Below are positions 19,133-29,805 of a stretch of DNA of 64,000 nucleotides, piece by piece (the first letter of the stretch is position 1; each line of letters starts with the position of its first letter). Under the pieces are notes generated by a model. That model searched no databases. It had not been told where the DNA came from and saw only the letters and a program-made list of their open reading frames with translations. The DNA comes from an uncultured archaeon (GTDB taxonomy: Archaea; Thermoproteota; Nitrososphaeria; Nitrososphaerales; Gagatemarchaeaceae): positions 224,001 through 288,000 of the forward strand of contig CAWCYD010000002.1 in assembly GCA_963799775.1 (NCBI GenBank), in the 5' to 3' direction. The position numbers were made by a program, and so were the translations under genes.

Positions 19133-19822
19133 ATGTCGAGCAAGTTCACGACCGTCCGGCTCGTCATCGAGGGCCATCGATACGAGATAATGGTCCACCC
19201 AGACGCAGCCCTGAGCTACAAGACGGGCAAGGCAGTCGACCCCTCGCAGGTCATCGGCATCGACGAGGTCTTCTCCGACGCCAACAGGGGCCTCCGCGCC
19301 CCCGGCGACCTGCTGAAGAAGCACTTCGGGACGGACGACCACGCAAAGGCGGCCGTCGAGATACTGAAGCGGGGGGAGCTCCAGCTCACGCAGGAGCAGA
19401 GGCACCGGATGACCGAGGAGAAGAGGCGGCAGGTGGTCTCGATGATAGCGAAGACCTACGTGGACCCGAGGACGGGGCTCCCCCACCCACCGATAAGGAT
19501 CGAGCAGGCGATGCAGGAGGCGAGGGTCTCGTTCGACCCCTTCAAGGACGCGAACGAGCAGATGAAGACGATACTCGAGGAGCTCAGGAAGATCCTCCCG
19601 ATGAAGTCGGAGAAGGTCAAGCTGATGGTGAAGGCCCCCGCCCAATACGCGGGCCAGACCATCGGCGTCCTCAAGGGCTTCGGCGAGATACTTAAAGAGG
19701 AGTGGGGAGGGGACGGTGGATTGTCTGCGATAATAGAAGTCCCAGCTGCGACCCAGCCTGGCTTACTTGAGAGGCTGGGATCGGCAACGCGAGGTTCCGC
19801 TCAAGTTACACTGGTGAAATAG
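19133..19822 (+). CDS. Ribosome maturation factor SBDS/SDO1
   Basis: FGTDD, GELQLT.EQR, DPRTGLPHPP.RIE.AM. Confidence 0.96.
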   Translation: MSSKFTTVRLVIEGHRYEIMVHPDAALSYKTGKAVDPSQVIGIDEVFSDANRGLRAPGDLLKKHFGTDDHAKAAVEILKRGELQLTQEQRHRMTEEKRRQVVSMIAKTYVDPRTGLPHPPIRIEQAMQEARVSFDPFKDANEQMKTILEELRKILPMKSEKVKLMVKAPAQYAGQTIGVLKGFGEILKEEWGGDGGLSAIIEVPAATQPGLLERLGSATRGSAQVTLVK

Positions 19823-19826
19823 AAAA

Positions 19827-20550
19827 ATGGTTGAGATAACAAGGAAGCAGGTGATTCCCGGCGATGTCATAGTCACGGGCGACTACAGGCCCGGGATGTT
19901 CGTCCAGCGCCGAGGGACCGACATGGTCGCCCTACGGATAGGGCTAGCCGAGATAGTGAGGAACGACGTCAAGGTCATCCCTCTCTCGGGGGCCTACATG
20001 CCCAGGGTCGAGGACATGGTCGTCGGGAAGGTCGTCAACCTCACAGGCTACGGGTGGGAGGCGGACATCAACTCGTGCTTCGTCGGATACCTGCCCGGAC
20101 AGTTCGTCTTCGGTAGGGACTTCTCCCCTGCGACCCACGACCTGACCCAGAGGTTCACGGTGGGCGACCTCATGCTCGCGAAGATAGAGGCCTTCGACAG
20201 GACTAGAGACCCTCAGCTCTCGATACGCGGCCCCGACCTCGGAAAGATCCCGCAGGGGAAGATAGTCAAGCTCTCGCCGATGAAGTGTCCCCCGTCTCAT
20301 CGGAAGGAAGGGCTACATGATCAACATGATCGCGGAGCTCACGAACTGCGAGATCAAGGTGGGGCAGAACGGCATGATAGTCCTCGACGGCCCTCCCGAG
20401 GGCGTCGCAAAGGCGACAGAGTGCATCGAGCTCATCGAGCAGGATGCTCACATGGCGGACCTCACGAACAAGGTCCAGAAGCTCCTGGGGGTGGAGCCGA
20501 CCGGCCAGCCAATGGAGCCGGCGGGAAGCCCAGATAGCGGTGAATCATAG
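19827..20550 (+). CDS. rrp4: Exosome RNA-binding subunit Rrp4 (frameshift near 20286)
   Basis: VIPGD, Y.P.VED.VVG, FDRTRDP, VGQNG; superoperon position. Confidence 0.93.
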
Positions 20551-20552
20551 AT

Positions 20553-21320
20553 TTGACTGAAGCGAAGAGGAAACTGATAGACGACAACGGCATCCGGACC
20601 GACGGCCGTCGATGGGACGAGCTGAGGCCTCTGAAGATCGAGGCAGGCGTGGTCCGCAACGCAGACGGCTCCGCCCTGATAGAGTGGGGGAAGAACAAGA
20701 TCATGGCCGCCGTCTACGGGCCGAAGGAGATGCACCCGAAGCACCTCGAGCTGGCGGACAGGGCGTTCCTAAAGTGCAGGTACCACATGGCCCCCTTCTC
20801 GGTGGACGAGAGGAAGAACCCGGCGCCGTCGAGGAGAGAGATAGAGATCTCAAAGGTGATCAGGGAGGCCTTGCAGCCCGCCCTATTCCTCGAGGACTAC
20901 CCTCGCACCGCGATCCAGGTCTACGTCGAGGTCCTCCAGTCCGACGGAGGCTCGAGGGTGGCAGGCATCACGGCGAGCGCCGTCGCCCTGGCGGACGCCG
21001 GGATCAACATGCGCGACATGGTCGTGGGCTGCGCCGTGGGGAAGGTCGACGGGAAGATAGTCGTCGACCTCAACGACACCGAGGACAAGGAGGGGTCGGG
21101 CGACCTGCCCTACGCCTTCATGCCGAACCTCAACCAGGTGACGCTGCTTCAGTTGGACGGGCTCTTCTCGTTCGACGAGTTCAAGCAGGCGATCGAGCTC
21201 GCAAAGGGAGCGGGGATGAAGGTCTACAAGCTCCAGAGGGAGGCGCTCATGAAGAAGTATTTCAGCGGAGGAGGGCCTGAGACGGCCACCGCCACCGCCG
21301 AGATGATGGAGGAGGCGTAG
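20553..21320 (+). CDS. rrp41: Exosome subunit Rrp41
   Basis: R.DGR..DELR, NADGSA, MAPFSVDERK.PAPSRRE, DGGSR. Confidence 0.97.
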   Translation: MTEAKRKLIDDNGIRTDGRRWDELRPLKIEAGVVRNADGSALIEWGKNKIMAAVYGPKEMHPKHLELADRAFLKCRYHMAPFSVDERKNPAPSRREIEISKVIREALQPALFLEDYPRTAIQVYVEVLQSDGGSRVAGITASAVALADAGINMRDMVVGCAVGKVDGKIVVDLNDTEDKEGSGDLPYAFMPNLNQVTLLQLDGLFSFDEFKQAIELAKGAGMKVYKLQREALMKKYFSGGGPETATATAEMMEEA

Positions 21321-21324
21321 GCAA

Positions 21325-22139
21325 TTGCCCAGCAAGTCGTTCGTCGTCGAGACGATAAAGCGAAACCGGATAATCGAGGCCCTGGCCAACGGGAAGCGCC
21401 TGGACGGCCGGGCTCTGAACGAGCAGCGAAAGCTCGAGATCAAGACCCACGTCATCGAGAAGGCCAACGGCTCCGCGATGGTCACGCTGGGGAACACCCA
21501 GGTGCTCGCGGGAGTGAAGATAGACAAGGGCATACCCTTCCCCGACACGCCCGACAAGGGGCTGCTCATCGTCGGGGCCGAGGTGCTCCCGATGGCAGCG
21601 GCTTACCTCGAGGCTGGACCGCCCGACGAGAGCGCCATCGAGCTCGCAAGGGTAGTCGACAGGGGCGTGAGGGAGTCGGAGATGATCGACGTCTCGTCTC
21701 TCTGCATAAAGGCGGGCAAGTGGGTCTACGCGGTCTTCGTCGATGTGAACATCCTCAACGTCGACGGGAACCTCTTCGACGCCACGAGCTACGCCGTGGT
21801 GTCAGCGCTCCTCACGGCGAAGATGCCAAAGTTCGTCATGGACGGCGACGCGGTCAAGGACACGGGCGAGAGTGCCCCCTCCCTGTCGCGAAGATCCCCG
21901 TCTCCATCACGATCGCCAACATCAACAACAACCTCGTGCTCGACCCGACGGAGGAGGAAGAGGCCGTCATGGACGCGAGGATAACCCTCGACACTGAGGA
22001 CGGCGGCAACCTGTGCGCCGGACAAAAGGGAGAGCCTGGCTCCTTCTCGCCCGAGCAGATACTCACCGCCGCCGAATGGTCAATCGCCAGAGGAAAGGAG
22101 ATACGTCAGAAGATCAAGGAGGCGGCGGGTCGTGCCTAG
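21325..22139 (+). CDS. rrp42: Exosome subunit Rrp42 (frameshift near 21871)
   Basis: GKRLDGR, PFPDTPDKG, ELARVVDRG.RES, DGNLFDA, DPT.EEE. Confidence 0.95.
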
Positions 22140-22359
22140 ATCCAAGTCGTTAAAGGGTCTCGGGGCCAAGTACGGAGGCACCCTGAGGAAGAGGTACTCC
22201 AAGATCTACAGGACGCTAAAGGCGAAGAAGGAGTGCCCGTCCTGCTCCAACATGAGGCTGAGGCGCGTCTCATCGGGCATATGGAAGTGTGCCAGTTGCG
22301 GTTACACCGTGGCCGGCGGTGCCTACGACATCGCACCCGCCAAGACGCAGCAGAAGTAG
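22132..22359 (+). CDS. rpl37ae: 50S ribosomal protein L37Ae
   Basis: GAKYGGTLRK, CPSC, GIWKC.SCG..VAGGAY. Confidence 0.96.
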   Translation: MPRSKSLKGLGAKYGGTLRKRYSKIYRTLKAKKECPSCSNMRLRRVSSGIWKCASCGYTVAGGAYDIAPAKTQQK

Positions 22360-22398
22360 CAGCGCAAAGGCCGGGAGCGACCCCAAGGCCCCCGCCCC

Positions 22399-22591
22399 TC
22401 TGAAGCGAATATCTCTCAAGGTCACACTGCGAGGGCCCCGCAAGGACGGCGTCGAGCGTCTGGCCCTCGAGAACGGGCTGACGGTCAAGAAGGAGGGCAA
22501 AGGCCTCACACTAGAGTTCACGGCCACCAATGCGGACGAAGCGCTGGAGAGACTGCAGCTCATCACCAAACTCATCACCCCGACTGCCTGA
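22399..22591 (+). CDS. Small protein, possible KEOPS Pcc1-like
   Basis: Sits between L37ae and prefoldin beta, the usual Pcc1 position; sequence similarity weak, start uncertain. Confidence 0.35.
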
Positions 22592-22635
22592 AGGCTTTAT
22601 TTACTGACGCCAAGCTCGCGGTTCGAGAAAAGAGA

Positions 22636-23023
22636 TTGAGCCAACAAGAGATTCCTCCGTGGTTGAGGGAGCAGCTCGCGAGGCTGGAGCAGCTCCAGCA
22701 GAACCTCCAAGCCGTCCAGATGCAGAAGCAGCAGGTCGAGGCGGAACTCGGGGAGACGGACAGGGCGCTCGAGGAGCTGAAGAACGCGCCCGAGGGGGAG
22801 CAGATCTACAAGTACGCCGGTAACCTTCTGATCAAGGTCACAAAGGAGGCCATCACAAAGGAGCTTCAGGAGAAGAAGGAGGTCGCGAACACGCGCACCC
22901 TTGTCCTCGGGAAGCAGGAGGCACGCTTCAAGGAGAGCCTGAATGGACCTTCAGACGAAGATCGATGACATGCTGAAGGGAATGACCCAGTCAGCCCCGC
23001 AGGAACGCAACCCATCATCCTAG
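22636..23023 (+). CDS. pfdB: Prefoldin beta subunit (frameshift near 22942)
   Basis: IPPWL..QL.RL.QLQQNLQ, ALEEL, IYKYAGNLLIK. Confidence 0.93.
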
Positions 23024-23063
23024 GGATGCGACCTGAAAACGGCCTTGGCCGCGAGCGGGAGGG

Positions 23064-24077
23064 TTGCGGAGCGCAGTGAGCTCTGAGAAGTTCCCCTTCA
23101 CAGAGCCGAAGAAGATCCGGCGCGCGGGGATAATCTGCCACAGGCACGCTGACCCTGACGCCTACCTCGCCGGCTTCGCGATCTCCAAGCTGCTCGCCCG
23201 GATCTCGCCCTCCGCCCGCGTCGACCTGGTCCTCCCCGACGGGATGAGCCTGCTCACGCGGCGCCTCTCGGAGTCTTTCAAGCTGGAGAACCTCGTCGAG
23301 GGAGACGGGGAGGATGAGGAGTACGACCTACTCGTCGCCGTCGACATGGGCCACACCGAGCTCTTGAAGGACTGGCTGGACAAGATGGTGAAGAGCAAGG
23401 CCGTCAGGGTGCTGATCGACCACCACCCCATGCAAGAGGGCGCCCCGTACGACCACATGCTGGTGGACGCCACGGCCTCGTCCGCGTCAGAGATCGTCTC
23501 GAGGATCTTCAGCGACCTCGACGTGACGATGGAGGCCCAGACCGCCCAGGCCATCCTCCTGGGGATAATGTTCGACTCGCAGCATCTCCTGATCGCCAAA
23601 GAGAAGACGCTCAGGGAGGTCGTCCGCCTCCTCGACAAGGGAGCGAGCCTCGACGACGCGAGAAGCCTCCTGCGCTCGCCCCCAGACTACGGCGAGGTCC
23701 TGGCCAAGTTAAAGTCGGCCAAGAGGCTGAAGCTCTACAAGCTGGGAAGCTGGGTGGCTGTGACCACGACGGTCGGGTCGTTCCAGTCGAACGTCGCGCG
23801 GTCACTTGTCTCGATGGGCGCAGACCTCGCCATCGTGAGCGGGGAGACGGGTCATGAGACCCGAGGCAGCCTCCGCGCCAACCAGAGGTTCTGGGAGGCG
23901 ACGAAGATCCACCTTGGCACCGACGTCGCCGCTGCCATCGCGAAGGAGACAGGCATCGGAGGAGGGCACCCCACGGCCGCGTCCTTCACATGCTCCATGC
24001 CGGAGGACAAGGCGGCCGAGAGCGCCCTGGCGATGGTCGCTTCCCTGTTGAAGGTCGAGCCCTCAGAGATTCGCTGA
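23064..24077 (+). CDS. DHH/DHHA1 family phosphoesterase
   Basis: H.HADPDA, IDHH, GGGHPTAA. Confidence 0.92.
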   Translation: MRSAVSSEKFPFTEPKKIRRAGIICHRHADPDAYLAGFAISKLLARISPSARVDLVLPDGMSLLTRRLSESFKLENLVEGDGEDEEYDLLVAVDMGHTELLKDWLDKMVKSKAVRVLIDHHPMQEGAPYDHMLVDATASSASEIVSRIFSDLDVTMEAQTAQAILLGIMFDSQHLLIAKEKTLREVVRLLDKGASLDDARSLLRSPPDYGEVLAKLKSAKRLKLYKLGSWVAVTTTVGSFQSNVARSLVSMGADLAIVSGETGHETRGSLRANQRFWEATKIHLGTDVAAAIAKETGIGGGHPTAASFTCSMPEDKAAESALAMVASLLKVEPSEIR

Positions 24078-24083
24078 ACGGGG

Positions 24084-24767
24084 TCAGACGTGCGACCTGA
24101 GATAGGTAGTGACCCAGATCGTCCTTCCCGCGGCCCTGGTCGCCTGGACCTGCGGCAACCCGACGAGGAAGGATGTCACGCCCGCCGCGAAGAGCATCTG
24201 CAGCGTGTTGAAGACGGCCGTGAAGGCGAGTATCAGCCAAACGCCGTTTGCCGCCGTGAGGTCGACCCCTACGAGCTTGAAGTATCCGCCGAGATAGGGC
24301 ACGAGCCCGCCTATCGCGTACGCCCCGCCGAAGAAGACGATGAGGTAGTAGTTCGCCACCGTCAGGAGGGCCACCCTGGCGACGATCCCGAGCAGCGTCC
24401 CCAGCACGGCAGCCCTTGCGAACCCAGGGTTCCTCGAGCGCGAGATCAGCGTCGTCCCGAGCCAGACCCCTCCGAGCGACGCGAGTATCGAGAGCAACTT
24501 CAGTATCGGGCCTATCGGCACGTTCTGCCCGATGACCATCAGCGTGAGGAACTCGATGAAAGCTGCGACGACGCTCGGGACAGGCCCGAAGATGAAGAAG
24601 GCGAGAAGTATCGCGATCTCCCCGAGGTCGAACTGCAGGTATGGGACGACGGGGAAGTTCAGCCCCAGTCCCTGCGAGACGGTCGTCAAGACGACCGCCA
24701 GCGCCCCGAAGACGGCTATCCCGCCGAGCGAGACGCTGTCGAACCTCCCGAGCCTTCCTCGCTGCAT
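24084..24767 (-). CDS. ECF transporter S component
   Basis: AVFGALA.VL, FP.VPYLQFDLGEI, FGP; multi-TM; divergent from ECF module. Confidence 0.85.
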   Translation of the reverse strand: MQRGRLGRFDSVSLGGIAVFGALAVVLTTVSQGLGLNFPVVPYLQFDLGEIAILLAFFIFGPVPSVVAAFIEFLTLMVIGQNVPIGPILKLLSILASLGGVWLGTTLISRSRNPGFARAAVLGTLLGIVARVALLTVANYYLIVFFGGAYAIGGLVPYLGGYFKLVGVDLTAANGVWLILAFTAVFNTLQMLFAAGVTSFLVGLPQVQATRAAGRTIWVTTYLRSHV

Positions 24768-24921
24768 TCCAGCTTCTCGGAACCACTCAGTTTAATAAGA
24801 ATTTGGTAGCTACCAATAAAATGGTAATGATTACACCACTGCTCCGAGCCCAGTGCCAAAAGGATAACACGGGCTCCCAATGGCGAGGGAACTCGGGCAC
24901 CACGGGCTAGGGTAACAGGGA

Positions 24922-25782
24922 TTGACCGCCACGACCAGCGAGACCAAGACGCTTGCCTCCGTCCAGGGCCTCTCGTTCAAGTATCCTGACTCCCCCTCAC
25001 CCGCGATCAAGGACGTCGACCTAGAGATCGCACAGGGCGAGGTGGCCCTCCTCGCGGGGCCTAGCGGGTGCGGCAAGTCGACGCTCCTCCGATGCATCAA
25101 CGGGCTCATCCCCCACATGTATCCGGGGGACTACTCGGGCAAGGTCTCTGTCGGAGGCCTCACGGTGGCGGAGACGTCCATGAGCGTGCTCTCCCAGAAC
25201 ATCGGCCTCCTCTTCCAGAACCCGGAGAACCAGATCTTCATGTTCTCGGTGGAGAGGGACGTCGCCTTCGGACTCCAGAACCTCTCGATACCAAGGCCCG
25301 AGATGAGGGCGCGCGTCGACGAGGCCATGCGTCTCCTTGGAATCACGGACCTCGCCGACCGCGCACCGCACGAGCTCTCCGACGGGCAGAAGCAGAGGGC
25401 CGCCCTCGCCGGGGTCATCGCGATGCGTCCGAAGCTCATCATACTCGACGAGCCCACGTCGCTCCTCGACCCGAAGACGGCCCTCGAGGTCGTCTCTCTC
25501 ATCGAGAAGCTGAACCGCGAGCTCGGGATTACCTTCATAGTGGTCGAGCACAGGCTCGAGCTCCTCATCCCCATCGCCGATAGGCTCGTCGTGATGGACG
25601 GGGGCACCAAGGTGCTGGACGGCCCTCCGCGCGAGGTGTTGGCAGACCCTCACATCGAGCAGCACGGCGTGAGCGTCCCGCCCATCTCGAGGCTCCACAA
25701 CATGCTGGCCGCAGCCGGCGTGAGCATCCCCAGGGCCCCTGAGAGCCCCGAGGAGATGGCGGAGGAGCTGAACGGCCTTTGA
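24922..25782 (+). CDS. ecfA: ECF transporter ATPase
   Basis: GPSGCGKST, FQNPENQ, LSDGQKQR, LDEPT. Confidence 0.93.
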   Translation: MTATTSETKTLASVQGLSFKYPDSPSPAIKDVDLEIAQGEVALLAGPSGCGKSTLLRCINGLIPHMYPGDYSGKVSVGGLTVAETSMSVLSQNIGLLFQNPENQIFMFSVERDVAFGLQNLSIPRPEMRARVDEAMRLLGITDLADRAPHELSDGQKQRAALAGVIAMRPKLIILDEPTSLLDPKTALEVVSLIEKLNRELGITFIVVEHRLELLIPIADRLVVMDGGTKVLDGPPREVLADPHIEQHGVSVPPISRLHNMLAAAGVSIPRAPESPEEMAEELNGL

Positions 25783-26611
25783 CGCAGATCGAGTTCAAGG
25801 ACGTCACGTTCGCGCACCAGACCGGGGTAACGGCCCTCAGGGACGTGAGCCTGAGCATCGCGAAGGGGGAGACGGTCGCGATCGTCGGAGAGAACGGGGC
25901 TGGAAAGACCACCCTCGTCCGCCACATCAACGGCCTCTTGAAGCCGAGCAAGGGCTCCGTCCTCGTCGACGGCGTGGACACGCGCCAGACGACCTCGGCC
26001 GCCCTCTCGCGAAAGATAGGGATCGCGTTCCAGAACCCCGACCATCAGCTCTTCTCGGACAGCGTAGAGAACGAGGTGGCCTTCGCCTTGAGGAACTTCG
26101 GGTTCGCTGACCAGCTCATCGCGGAGAGGATGGGCTGGGCCTTGGACTTCTTCGGCCTGTCGCAATATCGCAAGTCCTCGCCTCTCGTCCTCAGCGGGGG
26201 CGAGAAGAAGAGGCTCACCCTGGCGTGCATCCTGGCGTGGCACCCGATGTGGTCGTCCTCGACGAACCCACCGTCGGTCAGGATGCTCTGCAGAAGGAGA
26301 AGCTCTCCCGGATCTTCAAGATGCTCAAGTCCACGGGGAAGACGATAATCGTCGTCTCTCACGACGTGGAGTTCCTCTGGCCGATCCAGCCGAGGCTGCT
26401 CGTCATGTCGGGCGGAAAGCTCGTGGCGGACGGGTCGACCTCGAAGATAATGGGGGACCGCGAGCTGCTAGAATCCGCGAGGGTAACCCAGCCGCAGCTG
26501 CTGAGGCTCTACGCGGGACTGCGCGGAAGGCCCCCCGAGCCTTTCCTGGACGTCCAGGAAGCAAAGAACTGGATCACCGACGGGTGGCGGGAACGGAAGG
26601 AGGCGAGATAG
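25779..26611 (+). CDS. ecfA: ECF transporter second ATPase (frameshift near 26241)
   Basis: GENGAGKTT, FQNPDHQ, LSGGEKKR, LDEPTVGQD, SHD. Confidence 0.92.
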
Positions 26612-26617
26612 CAGGCA

Positions 26618-27361
26618 ATGTACTGGATCTCAGGGGGTTTCGTCTTCAAGCGCGTCGTCTCGCCCATCAGCAAGCTCGACCCAAGGGTGAAGCTCCTCCT
26701 CTCGATAGAGCTCTTCATCGTCTCCCTCATCTCGACCACGCTCTCGGAGATGGCCGTCGTCCTATCCGCGATACTACTCATCTCCGCGCTCGCCAGGTCG
26801 CTGAAGAGGATCGCCAGGACCGTCGCCTTCTCCGGGGTCTTCGCCCTGTTCATTTTCGCGGTCAACTTCCTCTTCGGGCTCGGCCTCCTCAACGCGATAC
26901 TCTACTCGATCCGCTTCCTCGCGATAATCAGCTCGACCAGCCTCTTCTTCGTGACGACCTCCCCTGACGAGCTCGAGCAGATAATGAAGTGGATGCGCGT
27001 CCCACGAGACATCGTGTTCGCCTTCGTCACCGCGGTGAGGTTCATCCCTGTCGTGATGCTCGACGCGTTCCAGATAATGGACGCGCAAAAGTCGAGGGGG
27101 CTGGAGTTCGAGAAGGGCAACATCGTGCGGCGTGTCAGGAACATGGTCCCGATCCTGATCCCGCTCGTGGTGAACTCCGTGATCAGGAGCGGGGAGCTTG
27201 CCGAGGCGATGGAGTCCAGGGGCTACGGCTCCACGCCCAAACCCACCTCCCTCTACGGGATGACGCTCAGGTGGTACGACGCCCTGGTCGTGGCGGGTTG
27301 CGCTCTCACGTTCTTGGTTGCGACACTCTATATCTACCACTTCTCTCTCATCAGGGTCTGA
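26618..27361 (+). CDS. ecfT: ECF transporter transmembrane T component
   Basis: LDPRVKL, RFIP, AQKSRG, AMESRGY. Confidence 0.93.
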   Translation: MYWISGGFVFKRVVSPISKLDPRVKLLLSIELFIVSLISTTLSEMAVVLSAILLISALARSLKRIARTVAFSGVFALFIFAVNFLFGLGLLNAILYSIRFLAIISSTSLFFVTTSPDELEQIMKWMRVPRDIVFAFVTAVRFIPVVMLDAFQIMDAQKSRGLEFEKGNIVRRVRNMVPILIPLVVNSVIRSGELAEAMESRGYGSTPKPTSLYGMTLRWYDALVVAGCALTFLVATLYIYHFSLIRV

Positions 27362-27368
27362 TATCGGC

Positions 27369-28088
27369 GTGATCCCACCGCGAGTGATAGTGGACGAGAG
27401 GGAGAGGCAGAGCGGGGTGCCCGAGAAGCTCTCGAAGCTCGACATCCGCGTCTACTACACCCGGCTCCCGATAGGCGACTACGTCGTCACCCCCGAGATA
27501 GCGGCGGAGCGCAAGTCGATCGGGGACTTCGTCTCCTCCGTCTACGACGGGAGGCTCTTCTCTCAGGCCTCGAGCCTCTCGGCGGCCTTTCGGAAACCCT
27601 ACATCGTGGTCGAGGGGGACGTGACCAAGGTGGGTGGGATGGTCAAGAACCTCGCCTCCTACTACGGGGCCATAGCGTCGGCGACCCTCGCCTACGACCT
27701 CCGGTTGATGCACACGGCGAACGCTGACGAGACGGCGCTCGCGATCGCCGCCCTCGTCAAGAACAGCAGGGCACGGCCCCTCCCTCCGGGACTGTCGCAG
27801 CCTCCTCCGAAGAGCAAGGACGAGGCGCAGCAGCAGATCTACTTTGTCTCGTCTTTGCCGGGCGTCGGGACCAAGCTCGCGAAGAGGATGCTGGCCAGGT
27901 ACGGCACCCCAAGGAGGGTCGTCTCCCTCACAGAGGCCCAGCTGGCGATGGTCGCCGGGCTGGGGCCGAAGCGCGCGTCGAAGATCGCTCGCGTGCTCGA
28001 CACGACCTACGCCCCGTGGGACCCAAAGGCCATCGCCGAGCAGGGAAAGCTCGAGGACGAACGAGAGAATGAGCAAGCAGGCAGTTAA
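27369..28088 (+). CDS. xpf: XPF/ERCC4 nuclease with HhH domains
   Basis: VIVDERE, GDY, ERKS..DF..S..DGRL..Q, SLPGVG, GLG.KRA. Confidence 0.92.
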   Translation: MIPPRVIVDERERQSGVPEKLSKLDIRVYYTRLPIGDYVVTPEIAAERKSIGDFVSSVYDGRLFSQASSLSAAFRKPYIVVEGDVTKVGGMVKNLASYYGAIASATLAYDLRLMHTANADETALAIAALVKNSRARPLPPGLSQPPPKSKDEAQQQIYFVSSLPGVGTKLAKRMLARYGTPRRVVSLTEAQLAMVAGLGPKRASKIARVLDTTYAPWDPKAIAEQGKLEDERENEQAGS

Positions 28089-28719
28089 CGTCGCCATCCT
28101 CGGCGGGAGCGGAGAGCTCGGTTTCGGCCTTGCTGCAAGGCTCGCCAAGGCGCATGAGGTGACCATCGGATCGCGGGACCTCTCGCGCGCCTCGGAGGCC
28201 GCAGCAAGGGCGGGCAAGCTCTCCGGGGCGACTGTTCGAGCGAAGACGAACGAGGAGGCCGCAAGAGGATGCAGGGTGGCCATCTTGGCGGTCCCCGACC
28301 TCCCCTCGGCGGACTTCCTCTCCTCGCTGGCTGGCGCGCTGGAGGGGAAGCTGGTCATATCGCCCATAGTCCCGATGCAGGTGAAGGACGGCGTCTTCTC
28401 GCTCTCGCTTCGCGAAGAGTCGGCAGCGGAGCGCGTGGCGCAGGCCCTCCCCTCGTCCCGTGTGGCGAGCGCGTTCCAGACCGTCCCCGCAGGAAGGTTG
28501 GCCAGGATGGAAGAGGAACTGGCGTTCGATGTGCTGGTCACGGCTGACTCGAGGCAGGTCTACGAAGAAGCCGCTCTCATCGTCTCCTCCGTCGGAAAGA
28601 TCAGGCCTCTCTACGCCGGGCCTCTCTCCGTGTCCAGACTGGTCGAAGGGATCACCCCTGCCCTGCTGAACGTGAGCAAGCTGAACAAGCTAAAGTCCCC
28701 GTCGCTCAAGCTGGTCTGA
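28069..28719 (+). CDS. npdG: F420-dependent NADP oxidoreductase (NpdG-like)
   Basis: ILGGSGELG.GLA.RL, IGSR, SAAE, SAFQTVPA, AGPL. Confidence 0.85.
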   Translation: MSKQAVNVAILGGSGELGFGLAARLAKAHEVTIGSRDLSRASEAAARAGKLSGATVRAKTNEEAARGCRVAILAVPDLPSADFLSSLAGALEGKLVISPIVPMQVKDGVFSLSLREESAAERVAQALPSSRVASAFQTVPAGRLARMEEELAFDVLVTADSRQVYEEAALIVSSVGKIRPLYAGPLSVSRLVEGITPALLNVSKLNKLKSPSLKLV

Positions 28720-28729
28720 GGAACGGCGC

Positions 28730-29263
28730 CTACCGGCCAGGTTGGAAAGTCGTGAGAGCGCCTTCCCGGACCCCCGTGTAGAGGACGGGCCTGTATCTCT
28801 TGAACCTCCAGTATCCCTGAAAGTCGTCGCTCGCGCTCGCCTCCTCGATCTTCCCGACGAGCAGCTCGTGGTCGCCGACCGGTATGCTGGAGCCGAGTCT
28901 GCACTCGAGGGCCGCAGGCGCGGACCTCACGACCGGGACGTCCAGCTTCCTTCCGCGGTCGTGTTCGAGCCCGGCTGAGCGGAGCTTGTCTGTCTCCTTG
29001 TGACCCGTAGTGCCCAGGAACTGGATCGCGCTGGCTTGGGAGGAGTCGAGCCAGCAGACCGAGAACCGCCCGGCCTTCAGGATCGCCTTGTGCGTCGAGT
29101 GGCCGGGAGACGACGCCACACCGATCAACGGCGGGTCGTTGGAGAGCGAGATTATCGAGACGACGGGCATCGCGTACACCTTGCCTCCTTCGTTGCAGCC
29201 GATTATCGTGGGCACCGCGGGATACAGCAGGCGATACGCCTTCGAGAGCTCGACGGGGTTCAT
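28730..29263 (-). CDS. Flavin reductase-like protein
   Basis: YRLLYP, S.DPPL, LEC, GDH.L.VG. Confidence 0.88.
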   Translation of the reverse strand: MNPVELSKAYRLLYPAVPTIIGCNEGGKVYAMPVVSIISLSNDPPLIGVASSPGHSTHKAILKAGRFSVCWLDSSQASAIQFLGTTGHKETDKLRSAGLEHDRGRKLDVPVVRSAPAALECRLGSSIPVGDHELLVGKIEEASASDDFQGYWRFKRYRPVLYTGVREGALTTFQPGR

Positions 29264-29360
29264 CAGGCTCCAACCGGCCGGCATTCGAGATAACTCTTTG
29301 GAAAGCCGCGGGGCCCAGTCTGTGGACGTCCCGCGAAGAAGAGATAAAGCGTGATCCGTC

Positions 29361-29615
29361 TTGTTGGACTCCATGACCGGGGACCGGACTTCGCGAGCTC
29401 AGGTTGTCGGGAAGCTGCGCAGGTCGCTGACCGTCCTCGCCTACATCTCTCTTGCCCTGGACATCTGCATCGCCGTGGTCACCTCTGTGGGCGCGCTGAA
29501 GATCGGAGACCTTCATCAGGCCCTCATCCCCGTAAACTACGCTCTGACCTTGGTCGTGATCCTGTCGGCTGCAGTTTTCGTGACCCTGTTGGTGGAGAAG
29601 GTCGCCAGACGCTGA
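29361..29615 (+). CDS. Small membrane protein
   Basis: Two hydrophobic helices. Confidence 0.6.
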   Translation: MLDSMTGDRTSRAQVVGKLRRSLTVLAYISLALDICIAVVTSVGALKIGDLHQALIPVNYALTLVVILSAAVFVTLLVEKVARR

Positions 29616-29805
29616 AGTATCTCAGACGTCCTCAAGGTCTCACAAGAAATCGTCCGCATACGTCAAACCCTTAAATACAGCGACGGGCCGATAAAGAATT
29701 GCTGCAAATTCGGCCGCTTGATTCAGGATTGAAGGACGGGTCGTTCACGACCGGGAAGCTTTCTGATTCTCTCAGGACGACTTTGCCGTGGAAACAAGAT
29801 AGAAA

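Noticed and set aside
18350-19645. Long antisense ORFs (431 aa here, 396 aa at 27351-28541 and similar)
   Set aside because: Shadows of GC3-rich core genes on the opposite strand; no recognisable motifs
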